A stretch of DNA of 64,000 bases, from IMG/VR virus record IMGVR_UViG_3300027708_000060, positions 7,938 to 71,937 of that record; one strand, written 5' to 3'. Below are positions 17,616 to 26,489 of the stretch, one piece after another (within the stretch, counting starts at the first letter, position 1; every line of letters begins with the position of its first letter). Source of the stretch: a virus. Both the position numbers and the translations under genes were made by a program. The notes beneath the pieces were generated by a model. That model saw only the letters and a list, made by a program, of their open reading frames with translations. It ran no database searches and had not been told where the DNA came from.

Positions 17616-17909
17616 TTAACTTACGTTGATTGTAAAGACAATTGCACTAATCTGTCCGTCTCTTGAATCTACCGTAGTAAATCCTGGGCGACAGGTTAGG
17701 TTCATACCTCGTGGTGCAACGTAACCGCTGGCAATAGCAATAGCTTTTACCGCCTGGTTAACTGCTGAGGCCCCCACTGCACGTAAGTGCACCTGAGGTT
17801 TTTCATAAAGGGCGTGGGCAATAGCCGACCCGACTGACTGTGCATTAGAGCCAGCCCCTACACGTAGGAACTTCTCTTCTGTATTAGGTGTTGTTGGAGT
17901 ATCGGTCAC
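17616..17909 (-). CDS. spoVS: SpoVS-family (Alba-like fold) protein
   Basis: LRVGAGSNAQSVGSAIA...RAVGASAVNQAVKAIAIASGYVAPRG.NL.C.PGF matches SpoVS (GAGALNQAVKAVAIARGFVAP.G). Confidence 0.88.
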   Translation of the reverse strand: MTDTPTTPNTEEKFLRVGAGSNAQSVGSAIAHALYEKPQVHLRAVGASAVNQAVKAIAIASGYVAPRGMNLTCRPGFTTVDSRDGQISAIVFTINVS

Positions 17910-17995
17910 GATTTGTAGTCCTTTGGTTTCGATTTGTGTGCCCACCTAAAGCCCTACAATACCCTTTAAACGCCCGTCAGTACCCCTATAAGCCT

Positions 17996-18334
17996 CTAAC
18001 TCTTAGGTACCTTGTTCAGGAGCTCAACCCAGACTGAAGCCGGCATAGTGGCGTACCACTCGTTTACATCGGTAGTTCCTTTTTTCTTATGAATAACTAC
18101 ACCAGTCCACGCACCATCATTCTTCATCTCTACAGCAAGTTCCTTAAGCCATTCAGATAATTTCATCGTGGCTTGATTCTTGATCTCTATAGTGACCCCA
18201 GGAATCCCGGATACATCTCCCTTATCAAGAGTTGCCCCGGCTAATCTGCGGTCTGCATATGGATACCACTGCTTAAGCCATGCAACTACAGCACGCTCAG
18301 CTCCACTACCTTTTGCCTTAGCTGGATTGCTCAC
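17996..18334 (-). CDS. Holliday junction resolvase-like PD-(D/E)XK nuclease
   Basis: KAKGSGAERAV, DKGDV, IEIKN motifs. Confidence 0.8.
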   Translation of the reverse strand: MSNPAKAKGSGAERAVVAWLKQWYPYADRRLAGATLDKGDVSGIPGVTIEIKNQATMKLSEWLKELAVEMKNDGAWTGVVIHKKKGTTDVNEWYATMPASVWVELLNKVPKS

Positions 18335-18434
18335 AAGTACATTCCTCGCAACATTTTGTTTTAGCTAAAGGAAGCTGCTTGGCATCAATACCTAGCTCTT
18401 CATCTGTAAACAATGATAGTTGTTCCCAGGTCAT
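18318..18434 (-). CDS. 38-aa microprotein with QLSLF motif and Cys cluster (not in the ORF track)
   Basis: MTWEQLSLFTDEELGIDAKQLPLAKTKCCEECTCEQSS; ATGA overlap with the upstream stop. Confidence 0.6.
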   Translation of the reverse strand: MTWEQLSLFTDEELGIDAKQLPLAKTKCCEECTCEQSS

Positions 18435-18910
18435 GTTGTATACCTCCGCTGTCTTGATCGTAACCCACCATCTGACGTGCGGCGGGTAAGTTCACGGGAG
18501 ACTACAGAGCAGTCTCTCTCAATGTTCTGAGTTCTAGTTTCGATGAGCTTACGGAATGCATACTTCGTATCGAAGTCGTAGATCAATTCCTGGATCTCAT
18601 CTGAAGCTTGGATCTGTGCTTTGATTAAGGTGACTGTGTCACCTTTATTACCGGTCCAGCTTTTAAGCAAAGCCACTGCTTCTGCATTTTTTAAAACGCT
18701 CTCTGCTTCACGCTCATTGATGACAGAGATAGCAAAGGCTCCAGCTAAGTGATCATTCCACTGTGTGTACTGTACAAAGAGATCCATAAGACCTTCATCA
18801 TCCAGCTCAGTAATGTCACGTGGCAAAGACGGCATGCCATACTCTGGCTTAGAAGTTAAAGCAAAGCCTAACTCATTAAGTGCAGCCACTACCTTGTTAG
18901 AAATACTCAT
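18431..18910 (-). CDS. helical coiled-coil protein in the recombination module
   Basis: helical-looking composition; ATGA coupling to the exonuclease. Confidence 0.6.
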   Translation of the reverse strand: MSISNKVVAALNELGFALTSKPEYGMPSLPRDITELDDEGLMDLFVQYTQWNDHLAGAFAISVINEREAESVLKNAEAVALLKSWTGNKGDTVTLIKAQIQASDEIQELIYDFDTKYAFRKLIETRTQNIERDCSVVSRELTRRTSDGGLRSRQRRYTT

Positions 18911-19761
18911 TCGGTTTCCTCCTTAAATGGTGCGCAACGCTTGCATCCCTTTTCAGAGTCAATGTTACATACCGGTGGACGATCATTATTTACAGCCCAA
19001 GCTACGTCCAGTGCTTTATCAAAGATGTCAGCTGTGTATTCTGAGTTGTATCTAACCACGAACTCTTTGTATTCTTGGTTAGCTTTAAGCTCATAGATAA
19101 AAACAATCTCATCCGGAGCAGTTTCAAGCAATCCTTCTTCTACCATCAGATGACAAAGGTGTAGATAAACCTGACCTTGTAGCTGGTGAGAACGAAGGGG
19201 TGTGCGGATATTTTTCCACACAGTATCAATATCATTGTTGTACTGAGCCATAAGCGCAGGCATTTCCATGCGGATAGTGCCGGTACCAATAGACTTAATT
19301 TCAATCAGGCAGTCATCGCCTAGTCCTTTGATCCAACCATCAGCATGCCCACGCATCATGTGCTTATCGCTGCGTAGTGGAACTTCTAAGTAATCATCTG
19401 ATAGGGATACCCCCCATGCAGGCTCTGTTGAGGTAGCCCACTTACCGTATAGAACACCCATCTCTTTAAACCATTCCTGCCACTTAGCATGGATGGTATG
19501 GCCTTCTGCAAAGATAGATGCTAAGCGAAGAGTTGTCTTATCACGAGTCTCTTGATAGTTACCTTTGATGGCGTGGTATTGGGCAAGCGCACACCATTCA
19601 GATTTAATAATGTCTGAGGGATGGATATAACTTTGATCTCTATCATCGAAGGGCTTAGATAGAACATAGCGTTCTAGTGCGCCCATAAGGCGGGTATCAC
19701 GCTTGTTTGCATTAAGGAATGCTTTTAAATCTTTACTAGGAACCGTCACCGGCTTTCCCAT
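18907..19761 (-). CDS. Cas4-like / RecB-family PD-(D/E)XK exonuclease
   Basis: HPS...WC, G..IH, GHADG, IEIKS, Q.Q.Y and C-terminal C...C..C. Confidence 0.8.
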   Translation of the reverse strand: MGKPVTVPSKDLKAFLNANKRDTRLMGALERYVLSKPFDDRDQSYIHPSDIIKSEWCALAQYHAIKGNYQETRDKTTLRLASIFAEGHTIHAKWQEWFKEMGVLYGKWATSTEPAWGVSLSDDYLEVPLRSDKHMMRGHADGWIKGLGDDCLIEIKSIGTGTIRMEMPALMAQYNNDIDTVWKNIRTPLRSHQLQGQVYLHLCHLMVEEGLLETAPDEIVFIYELKANQEYKEFVVRYNSEYTADIFDKALDVAWAVNNDRPPVCNIDSEKGCKRCAPFKEETE

Positions 19762-20077
19762 ACTTGCTCCCTTGGTCAATCCACTCATCTAAAGTTATCC
19801 CCTGTTTCTTAAGTTTACGTTCGGCCGCATTTCTTTCTCTGTGGGATAGCCCACCAAAGATTCCATGTAACTCATTGTTGTTGATAGCTTCCTTAAGACA
19901 TTCTTTACGTACAGGACACGGTGGTCGCCCATCCTTGCCCCAACATATTGCTTTAGCCTTATCCGCTATCGGCTTGTAGAGAGCTTTGTCTCGGGGTGGG
20001 AAGAACATCTCTGTATCTTCGCCCTGACACTTGGCATCATATCTCCAAGTCCATTCCGGGTCGTCGCTATATCGCAC
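19736..20077 (-). CDS. whiB: WhiB-family transcription factor (copy 1)
   Basis: AKC....EMFF, AKAIC...CPVRKECL, GIFGGLS.RER. Confidence 0.9.
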   Translation of the reverse strand: MRYSDDPEWTWRYDAKCQGEDTEMFFPPRDKALYKPIADKAKAICWGKDGRPPCPVRKECLKEAINNNELHGIFGGLSHRERNAAERKLKKQGITLDEWIDQGSKYGKAGDGS

Positions 20078-20394
20078 TATTCACCTCTTACTGCATTACG
20101 CAGTTCAAAAAAATCCTCCTCCAATAGCACGACGTAGTTTTCACCATCAAGATGCAGACCAAGTACTGGCGTTCTGCTATCAAGTATTGCTTCTCTAGTA
20201 ATCTTTTCAAGTACATCTGACTTAATTGTTACCGACTTTTTACCAGTCCACTTGTGCTCGATAAGGAGGTCATCTGTTCTGACGTCCCCCTTACGAGACC
20301 AAAATGCACCAGAGGCGGCACTGCGCTTGCCACCCGTAGCTTTCTCTAATCGCTTTTCATGCTTTAGAGATTGTTTCTGCCCCTCACTCTTCAT
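20077..20394 (-). CDS. PD-(D/E)XK endonuclease / resolvase-like protein
   Basis: HEKR, ASGA, KGDV and LIEHK motifs. Confidence 0.7.
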   Translation of the reverse strand: MKSEGQKQSLKHEKRLEKATGGKRSAASGAFWSRKGDVRTDDLLIEHKWTGKKSVTIKSDVLEKITREAILDSRTPVLGLHLDGENYVVLLEEDFFELRNAVRGE

Positions 20395-21445
20395 CAGGAC
20401 TTAGCATCAATACTGGGGTTGATTTCAAGGTATCCATCACAGCTGCTGTGAGTTCTTCCTTAAGATCAATCTCTTCACGAAGCGAGTCAATAAGAGCTTG
20501 AGCTCCTTGCCACTTACGATCATTATAGTACATCCAACCGCCACGTCGATCCACGATGCCATTAAGTATAGATAAAGCTACGATTTCTTTACCAGAGTCA
20601 TAGCTTCCTGCATCAATTGGCCCACCATTAGCAAAGTAGAAGTCTAAGTAAGCGGTTTGCTGTGGAGGATAGGTCTTGTTCTTAATAGTACGGACACGGA
20701 TTGTTTGCCCCACACGGCGTTTTTCCTGTCCGGTGCCTACCTCAAGCCACTCATCACGCTTTACTTCGCAACGAATACTGTAGGCATAGTCTTTGCCAAG
20801 ACCTCCCGGTGTTGTACGAGGATCGCCATGCATTACGCCGATCTTCATACGGTATTGGTTGATCATCATGCCCAGTACGGGGCGTTCTGATTCAATCAAA
20901 TCTCTTTTAGTTGCTGAGGCCACCTTACGGAAGAACTTATTAGTTATTAAAGCTCCTCGTCCAACGGTGAATTCATCCATTTCTTTCTCATCTTCCGCTC
21001 CAGGAACGAGGGCAGGAAGAGAATCAATAACAACCATATCCACCGACTTGCTTTCCATGAACTTGATGACTGCTTCATAAGCATCCTCCATATTATTAGT
21101 CTCTACAAGTATTACACGCTTAGTATCTACCCCACATAGTTCTGCATACTTAGAGTCAAAGTCCTCAGCAGCAATCCATACAGCGGTAAAGTCTGGGTTA
21201 ATCTTTTGGTTAGCAGCAATAGTCTTTAGAGCAAGCGCAGTCTTACCGTGAGACGCTTCCCCAACTAGCTCTACCCAACGGTTCATAGCCCAACCTCCAC
21301 CAAGAACCACGTCTAGGGTTAAAGACCCTGAAGTAATACGTTGGCTAAGGATCACATCGCTAGCAGCAACTACAGTGTTAGCACCAAGCTTTTTATTAAG
21401 CTGTGCAACAATCTTTAGCGCCTCTGAATTAATTGTCATTGTCAT
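20384..21445 (-). CDS. recA: RecA-like recombinase
   Basis: SGSLTLDVVLGGG, Walker A GEASHGKT, VVIDSL, INQYR.KIGVM.GDP.TTPGG. Confidence 0.93.
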   Translation of the reverse strand: MTMTINSEALKIVAQLNKKLGANTVVAASDVILSQRITSGSLTLDVVLGGGWAMNRWVELVGEASHGKTALALKTIAANQKINPDFTAVWIAAEDFDSKYAELCGVDTKRVILVETNNMEDAYEAVIKFMESKSVDMVVIDSLPALVPGAEDEKEMDEFTVGRGALITNKFFRKVASATKRDLIESERPVLGMMINQYRMKIGVMHGDPRTTPGGLGKDYAYSIRCEVKRDEWLEVGTGQEKRRVGQTIRVRTIKNKTYPPQQTAYLDFYFANGGPIDAGSYDSGKEIVALSILNGIVDRRGGWMYYNDRKWQGAQALIDSLREEIDLKEELTAAVMDTLKSTPVLMLSPDEE

Positions 21446-21837
21446 TAACCGATCCGATCTACTATGATATTTGGATTAAAGCCGCCACCTTGGCCTACTT
21501 GCTTTGCTTTCTGAGTAGGAGCTCCTGAAGAATTTGCAGGCATTCCAGCACCAGAGGCTTGCTGTATTACCGGGTAACCACAGTCATAGCAACGCATACG
21601 TTGTGTACCCTGAGGAGCAAAGTAATTACCAGAATTACATTCAGGACAATGATCAGATCTCCTAGCACTCTGAGCCCTAGTAGTTACCTGATCTGTATTA
21701 GGATCATAGTTAACCTGCACGTTTGGCTGTTGTGCCGGCGGCGTATAAGGAACCTGCTGTGTAGGTGAGCTTTGTACACCTGGTTGCCTTGGATTTTGAT
21801 TGCCTAGTTTATTTGCCCACCAGTTTGAGTTACTCAT
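21445..21837 (-). CDS. hypothetical zinc-ribbon protein
   Basis: CPEC...CYDC. Confidence 0.65.
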   Translation of the reverse strand: MSNSNWWANKLGNQNPRQPGVQSSPTQQVPYTPPAQQPNVQVNYDPNTDQVTTRAQSARRSDHCPECNSGNYFAPQGTQRMRCYDCGYPVIQQASGAGMPANSSGAPTQKAKQVGQGGGFNPNIIVDRIG

Positions 21838-22261
21838 GTATATATCCTGCCCTTGATTCTAGTAGTTCTAAATTAAAAAGAGTTGAGATGCAAGAAAGAG
21901 ATGCAGACAAGGCTATGATCTTAAACAGTGAAGCTATACGCTCGACAGATGCCTCGTCTATTCCCAAAGAACTTATTTCATCCTCGTCATCATCGATAGT
22001 ATATGCAGCTGCAGCTATGCGACCAGCCATATCTGAATGAGAGTCTATGAAGGGAAGTAAGTCAGCAAAGCGTTCTAAACGTTTTTGACTAGCTTGTGAT
22101 TCCATATCTGCAACTTCATCTGAGATGGGAGGAAGACCTAAAGCATCTGCTATACCCTCAGCAGGCTCTAGCATAGTGTCGTAGATTACTTGACGGATCA
22201 AGATAGGCAATGGAATATGCTTAAGCTCTCTCCTAATAAACTTCTTTTTACGTCTAAACAT
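21830..22261 (-). CDS. hypothetical protein
   Basis: TAATG coupling to polA. Confidence 0.6.
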   Translation of the reverse strand: MFRRKKKFIRRELKHIPLPILIRQVIYDTMLEPAEGIADALGLPPISDEVADMESQASQKRLERFADLLPFIDSHSDMAGRIAAAAYTIDDDEDEISSLGIDEASVERIASLFKIIALSASLSCISTLFNLELLESRAGYIHE

Positions 22262-24240
22262 TAGTCTTTTGCCTCTCCCCATTTGTTAACGATTTTAACA
22301 TCGGCTAACATAGGGATATTTAGGGCTTTGATGCCCTCCATAGCCTCACGAATAGCGGCTGCTGTTTCTTCTATGAGTTCTTTAGGCGCTGTAGTAACTA
22401 ACTCATCGTGGATGGTAAGGATCATTGCAGCACCGTCTGGTAACAAACTATATGCCCGGACCATTGCAAGCTTAATAAGATCCGCAGCTGAGCCTTGGAT
22501 CACTGTGTTGAATGCTTGTCGTTCTGCTCCGGCACGTCTCCCCATTTCTGGAGAGAGTAGGTCTGGAAGATAGCGACGGCGATTCATATATGTAAGAGCA
22601 TAAGGAACTGGACCACGTCTGCGTGTTTCAGCAACAACCTGCTTCTTATACTTTGAGATAGATGGAAACTTACGGCTAAAGTTATCTAAAAGATCACGTG
22701 CTTCTTTAGAAGATACTCCAATAGAAGTAGCAATCTTTTCAGGACCGATGCCATACATCATACCAAGTACTAAGGTCTTAGCACCTGAACGATCCACACC
22801 AACAGTGTCACCAATAGTCGTATAAATATCTACACCGTCTAAATAATTCTGGCATAGAATCCTGTCACCACTAAATGATGAAAGAATGCGTGGCTCGATC
22901 TGTGAGTAGTCAGCTACTACAAGCTGATGTCCTTCAGGAGCTATGAACAGATTGCGGATAGCCTTACCATTGATAGTACGTGGATTAGGTACGTTCTGTA
23001 GGTTAGGGTTCCGACTTGAAAAGCGCCCTGTATCTGCACCATATTGGATGAAGTCAGTGTGAATACGACCTCTTAGAAGGAGAGATTTCTTGGCAATAGT
23101 TTTAGCTTTGCCCCCCGTAGTGCGAACAATGTCGCCACCGAGATAAGGAATCACATAAGTCGTAAGCAACTTATTCAAGTCGGAATAATTAAGTAGGGCA
23201 TCAACCAAAGCATCCTTGCCCTGGAATACTTTAAGCGCAGGTTCAGACACCGAGTAGTCTGAAATGACGGGAGCCAACCCCGCTTCGCTATTGCTGATGC
23301 CCTTAGGCGTAAGTAGGCGAGGTCGGAGTCCACGACCGCCCACTTCTTTAGATGAAAAGAGTAGTCTTTGTTTCTCTGGAACACTATTAATATTAAAAGC
23401 TTTAGCAGCTAGTTGATAGATAGTTGCTTTAGTTGTTTCTAATTGAAGCTCTAGATTATCTTTAAGAATCTGAAGAGCATCAACATCTATATCTGCACCA
23501 TGCAGCTCCATACTTGAGATAACACGAAGGACATCCATCTCAAGATTAAATACGCCACGTACGTTATCCCTATCAAGTCGTGGCTCAAACTTCTTCCACA
23601 ACTTCCAGGTCCATTCGGCGTCTAGCGCAGCATAGGTAGCTACGTCATTAAAGGTATGTGCTTCAATCTGTGCACCAACACCTTTAACCATGTTGTAATC
23701 AAACTCACGCTTCAAGCAGTCATCAAGTCCTAGTTGACGGCTATTACGGGTATCAAGAATAAAAGCAGCATTAAGAGTACAAGCATAGGGTTGCGAAGGC
23801 AACTGCCCTAGATACTTTGTTACGCTTTGTAAATCAAACTTAAGGTTGTGACCGATCTTTAATAGGTCACTAAAGAACAATGGTTTGAGGGCTTTGAATA
23901 CTTCACCTGGAGTTAATTGCTCAGGCGGCTCACTAAAAATCTTTGTAGCTTTACGTTCATCTTTACTGTGGTCAATTGCACGAAGGGGCAAGCCCTTAAT
24001 AATACGATCTTGGGCAGAAGGCAATAGAGGATACTCAGTACGAATATAGTCACCGTTAGGATGACCCATAGGAATTACATCTACACGGTCATAAGTAGCC
24101 AGGGCAATCCACACGACTTGATTTTGTCTAGGATCTCCACGGTAATCTCCCATTGTTTCTACGTCGTAGACAAAGGAATCCTTACTTAGGTAGTACTCGA
24201 CGAGCTCTGAGAGCTGTTCGTCGGTTGTAATAATATTCAT
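22261..24240 (-). CDS. polA: family A DNA polymerase with 3'-5' exonuclease
   Basis: YDVET, HNLKFD, YAALDA exonuclease motifs; TGRFSS.NPNLQN, ADYSQIE.R, R..AKT...G..YG, IQGSAAD, IHDEL. Confidence 0.95.
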   Translation of the reverse strand: MNIITTDEQLSELVEYYLSKDSFVYDVETMGDYRGDPRQNQVVWIALATYDRVDVIPMGHPNGDYIRTEYPLLPSAQDRIIKGLPLRAIDHSKDERKATKIFSEPPEQLTPGEVFKALKPLFFSDLLKIGHNLKFDLQSVTKYLGQLPSQPYACTLNAAFILDTRNSRQLGLDDCLKREFDYNMVKGVGAQIEAHTFNDVATYAALDAEWTWKLWKKFEPRLDRDNVRGVFNLEMDVLRVISSMELHGADIDVDALQILKDNLELQLETTKATIYQLAAKAFNINSVPEKQRLLFSSKEVGGRGLRPRLLTPKGISNSEAGLAPVISDYSVSEPALKVFQGKDALVDALLNYSDLNKLLTTYVIPYLGGDIVRTTGGKAKTIAKKSLLLRGRIHTDFIQYGADTGRFSSRNPNLQNVPNPRTINGKAIRNLFIAPEGHQLVVADYSQIEPRILSSFSGDRILCQNYLDGVDIYTTIGDTVGVDRSGAKTLVLGMMYGIGPEKIATSIGVSSKEARDLLDNFSRKFPSISKYKKQVVAETRRRGPVPYALTYMNRRRYLPDLLSPEMGRRAGAERQAFNTVIQGSAADLIKLAMVRAYSLLPDGAAMILTIHDELVTTAPKELIEETAAAIREAMEGIKALNIPMLADVKIVNKWGEAKD

Positions 24241-24260
24241 TGCGCTCCTGAAAGTAGGTT

Positions 24261-24300
24261 AAGGAGCCGGTAGAAAGGAGGTTCAAAAACCCGGCTCCCC
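24261..24300 (-). promoter_or_regulatory. stem-loop displaying an anti-Shine-Dalgarno sequence in the polA leader
   Basis: minus strand reads GGGGAGCCGG-gtttttgaACCTCCTTTCTA-CCGGCTCCTT. Confidence 0.6.
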
Positions 24301-24317
24301 AACATTAGTGGGATAGA

Positions 24318-25025
24318 TTAGTTAGCTGATGCGATTTCTCGTGCGATTTCAGCAAGCTCTTCTTTTGAAGACATATAAAGTGCTTCAGGGCCAAAGGCCT
24401 TAAGAGTCTTGATGTAGTCAGCTGTAGCAACTGGATCGATATCCCAATCTTCAGCAAGATCACGTTCCTTTACAGGAACAACGGAGTGAGTAGTCTTGGT
24501 ACCAGTACCAGCCTTACTTACTGCGTAGTACAAATCTGTGCGATTGAGTGGGCCTGTCTTAGGATCAGACGCAAGCTTCTCAAGTTGCTTACAGAGTCGT
24601 ACACCAACGATCATGAGTTCAAGCGATGGGCCTTCAGGATCAGAAAGGTTTAGCACTGTGAACGCAAACTTCTGTGATGGCACACTGCCTACTGCGATTA
24701 GTGGATCATTCTCACCGATAGAGATGAATGACTTCTTGCCTGGGCGATTAACCCAGTGCTGCATAAATGCCATTGGCTCGGATGAGATGAACTTAACAAG
24801 TTGGAGGTCTTCATCAAACTTAAAGTCGGTAGCGAACTTGCTGTTCTTTACAGAAGCTTGCTTAGCTGCTGCCCAACCGGTTTGGATGATAGACGAGTTG
24901 GTAGATGAGGTTGTCTCATCTTCCTCAATAAATAGATCTTCTTCAGTAACAGAAGATGGTGTTGTATAAGAGTCTACGTTTGGAACGTTAGACTTTGTAG
25001 CTCGTAGTGATGTTGTTGCAGTCAT
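24318..25025 (-). CDS. putative single-stranded DNA-binding protein (gp32-like)
   Basis: position next to polA; beta-rich core with QHW and SK.GTG.KT..S segments. Confidence 0.5.
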   Translation of the reverse strand: MTATTSLRATKSNVPNVDSYTTPSSVTEEDLFIEEDETTSSTNSSIIQTGWAAAKQASVKNSKFATDFKFDEDLQLVKFISSEPMAFMQHWVNRPGKKSFISIGENDPLIAVGSVPSQKFAFTVLNLSDPEGPSLELMIVGVRLCKQLEKLASDPKTGPLNRTDLYYAVSKAGTGTKTTHSVVPVKERDLAEDWDIDPVATADYIKTLKAFGPEALYMSSKEELAEIAREIASAN

Positions 25026-25058
25026 GTTGGTCTTCTTTCATAGGTTATTGGTCATTGG

Positions 25059-25529
25059 TCAGTTAGTTTCTTGATCGTGAATACGCTTCCAAGTTTCCAT
25101 TAGTTCAATGGATAAATCGTTATGCCTATTCCAATCAATTCTTGGAGCTTCTATAAGCCCTCGGGCTTCAAAAGCTTCAAGTGTAGCCACTATCATTGTT
25201 CTGCTGTACATCCGCCAACCTGGCTTCTTTACACCATCAACAAGCATAGACTTTAGTCTGTAAGGTGCACGTGGTATATAACCTTTACGTTCCCAAAGTC
25301 TTACAGTTACTAGTGGCCTACCTAATGCAAGAGCAAAAGCCCCTGCACTAAATAATTCTACCACACTTCCGTTAGGTAGTTTTTTACTTTGTGGGTTTGA
25401 GTCCCACGAGCCCTCTTCTTTAACCTTTGGCTTTTTAGCCTTAGGATTTAAAGGGCGACGCTTTCTTTTAGAACCTGGGTAGTATTCATCGAGCTCCGAT
25501 AGCAGACGATCGATTTGTTCGCCACTCAT
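25059..25529 (-). CDS. MerR-like HTH DNA-binding protein
   Basis: FS.G.FA.ALGR..VTVRLWERKGYIP...R.YS. Confidence 0.7.
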   Translation of the reverse strand: MSGEQIDRLLSELDEYYPGSKRKRRPLNPKAKKPKVKEEGSWDSNPQSKKLPNGSVVELFSAGAFALALGRPLVTVRLWERKGYIPRAPYRLKSMLVDGVKKPGWRMYSRTMIVATLEAFEARGLIEAPRIDWNRHNDLSIELMETWKRIHDQETN

Positions 25530-25851
25530 GAGAGTCCTTTCCTCCCCAGTTAGTAGATTCTTTATGCTTAGTTAGATGGATAGACTTATGCTCCTGAGAA
25601 TACTGCGTAGGCTTCTTAGAAGCTTTCTTCATTGCAGCATCACGTGCCTTTTGGGTAGCAATCTGTGCATCCTTTTCTTCCTTAAGCAATAGAGAATGAT
25701 GTTCTGTTAGAACAATCTCTACTAGAGCCTTAGCAACCGCAGCTAAATTCTCTTCATCTACGCCAGGAAAGTTATCCTGGATGAAGTTTTCTAACTGTGG
25801 TGCAAGGATATCAACATGTCTGTATGCCGCTGTTTGAGTGTATACGGTCAT
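25486..25851 (-). CDS. hypothetical protein
   Basis: ATGA coupling; intact ORF. Confidence 0.55.
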   Translation of the reverse strand: MTVYTQTAAYRHVDILAPQLENFIQDNFPGVDEENLAAVAKALVEIVLTEHHSLLLKEEKDAQIATQKARDAAMKKASKKPTQYSQEHKSIHLTKHKESTNWGGKDSHEWRTNRSSAIGAR

Positions 25852-26285
25852 GACTTGCTCGGAATAAATGCATATGAAACGGACTTAGGAAACATTGAGT
25901 CGATCTCTTCTTCGGTGAGAGATCCCTCATACAGGCAAGCCATAACTTCTGACTCATCTAGTACTGGCACAAGCTTGTAGCAACGATCTGTTAGACCCTT
26001 TTGCTTTAGGATTGCACGAGCAGTATCTTCATCAAGCTTTTGTGTGACTCGACGTTGACGTTGTAGAGACAGGTAACCATCTACCTCTTCAGGCAATGAG
26101 TACCAGATATGACCCTTTTCATCAGGAGTGCCCTCGGCATCTACAAGCTCAGATAACTCTGTCTTAAGACTGGACTGTTCCTTGGTTAGGTCTTCTATAC
26201 GACCACGCAGACTTACGTATTTACGCACCTTGGCAAGCACTGGATTGCCTTCTTTAGGTGTTTCTCTTTCAATAACTTTTGGCAT
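25848..26285 (-). CDS. hypothetical protein with N-terminal coiled coil
   Basis: intact ORF; TTGCCT-17bp-TAAAGT promoter-like sequence upstream. Confidence 0.65.
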   Translation of the reverse strand: MPKVIERETPKEGNPVLAKVRKYVSLRGRIEDLTKEQSSLKTELSELVDAEGTPDEKGHIWYSLPEEVDGYLSLQRQRRVTQKLDEDTARAILKQKGLTDRCYKLVPVLDESEVMACLYEGSLTEEEIDSMFPKSVSYAFIPSKS

Positions 26286-26324
26286 TTGTATACCCCCCTT
26301 ATTAAATACTTTACCACAAAAGCA

Positions 26325-26480
26325 CTACTCAGGCAAATCGACCTTAATATACTCTTTGAGGGCAGCCACGATTACATCCGTGACTGTACGGCCATCAATC
26401 TGAGCTTTGTCTTTGACAGCAGTCCACAGCTCAGTGGATACCCGGATGGTACGGGTCGGGGTCTTAGGTGCATTAGGCAT
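26325..26480 (-). CDS. ribbon-helix-helix DNA-binding protein, 51 aa (not in the ORF track)
   Basis: MPNAPKTPTRTIRVSTELWTAVKDKAQIDGRTVTDVIVAALKEYIKVDLPE fits the RHH pattern; TAAACT 6 nt before ATG. Confidence 0.75.
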   Translation of the reverse strand: MPNAPKTPTRTIRVSTELWTAVKDKAQIDGRTVTDVIVAALKEYIKVDLPE

Positions 26481-26489
26481 GTCATAAGT

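Noticed and set aside
18907-19761. Cas4-like nuclease as part of a CRISPR system
   Set aside because: No repeat-spacer array or other cas genes seen; solo Cas4-like nucleases near RecA are common in phages
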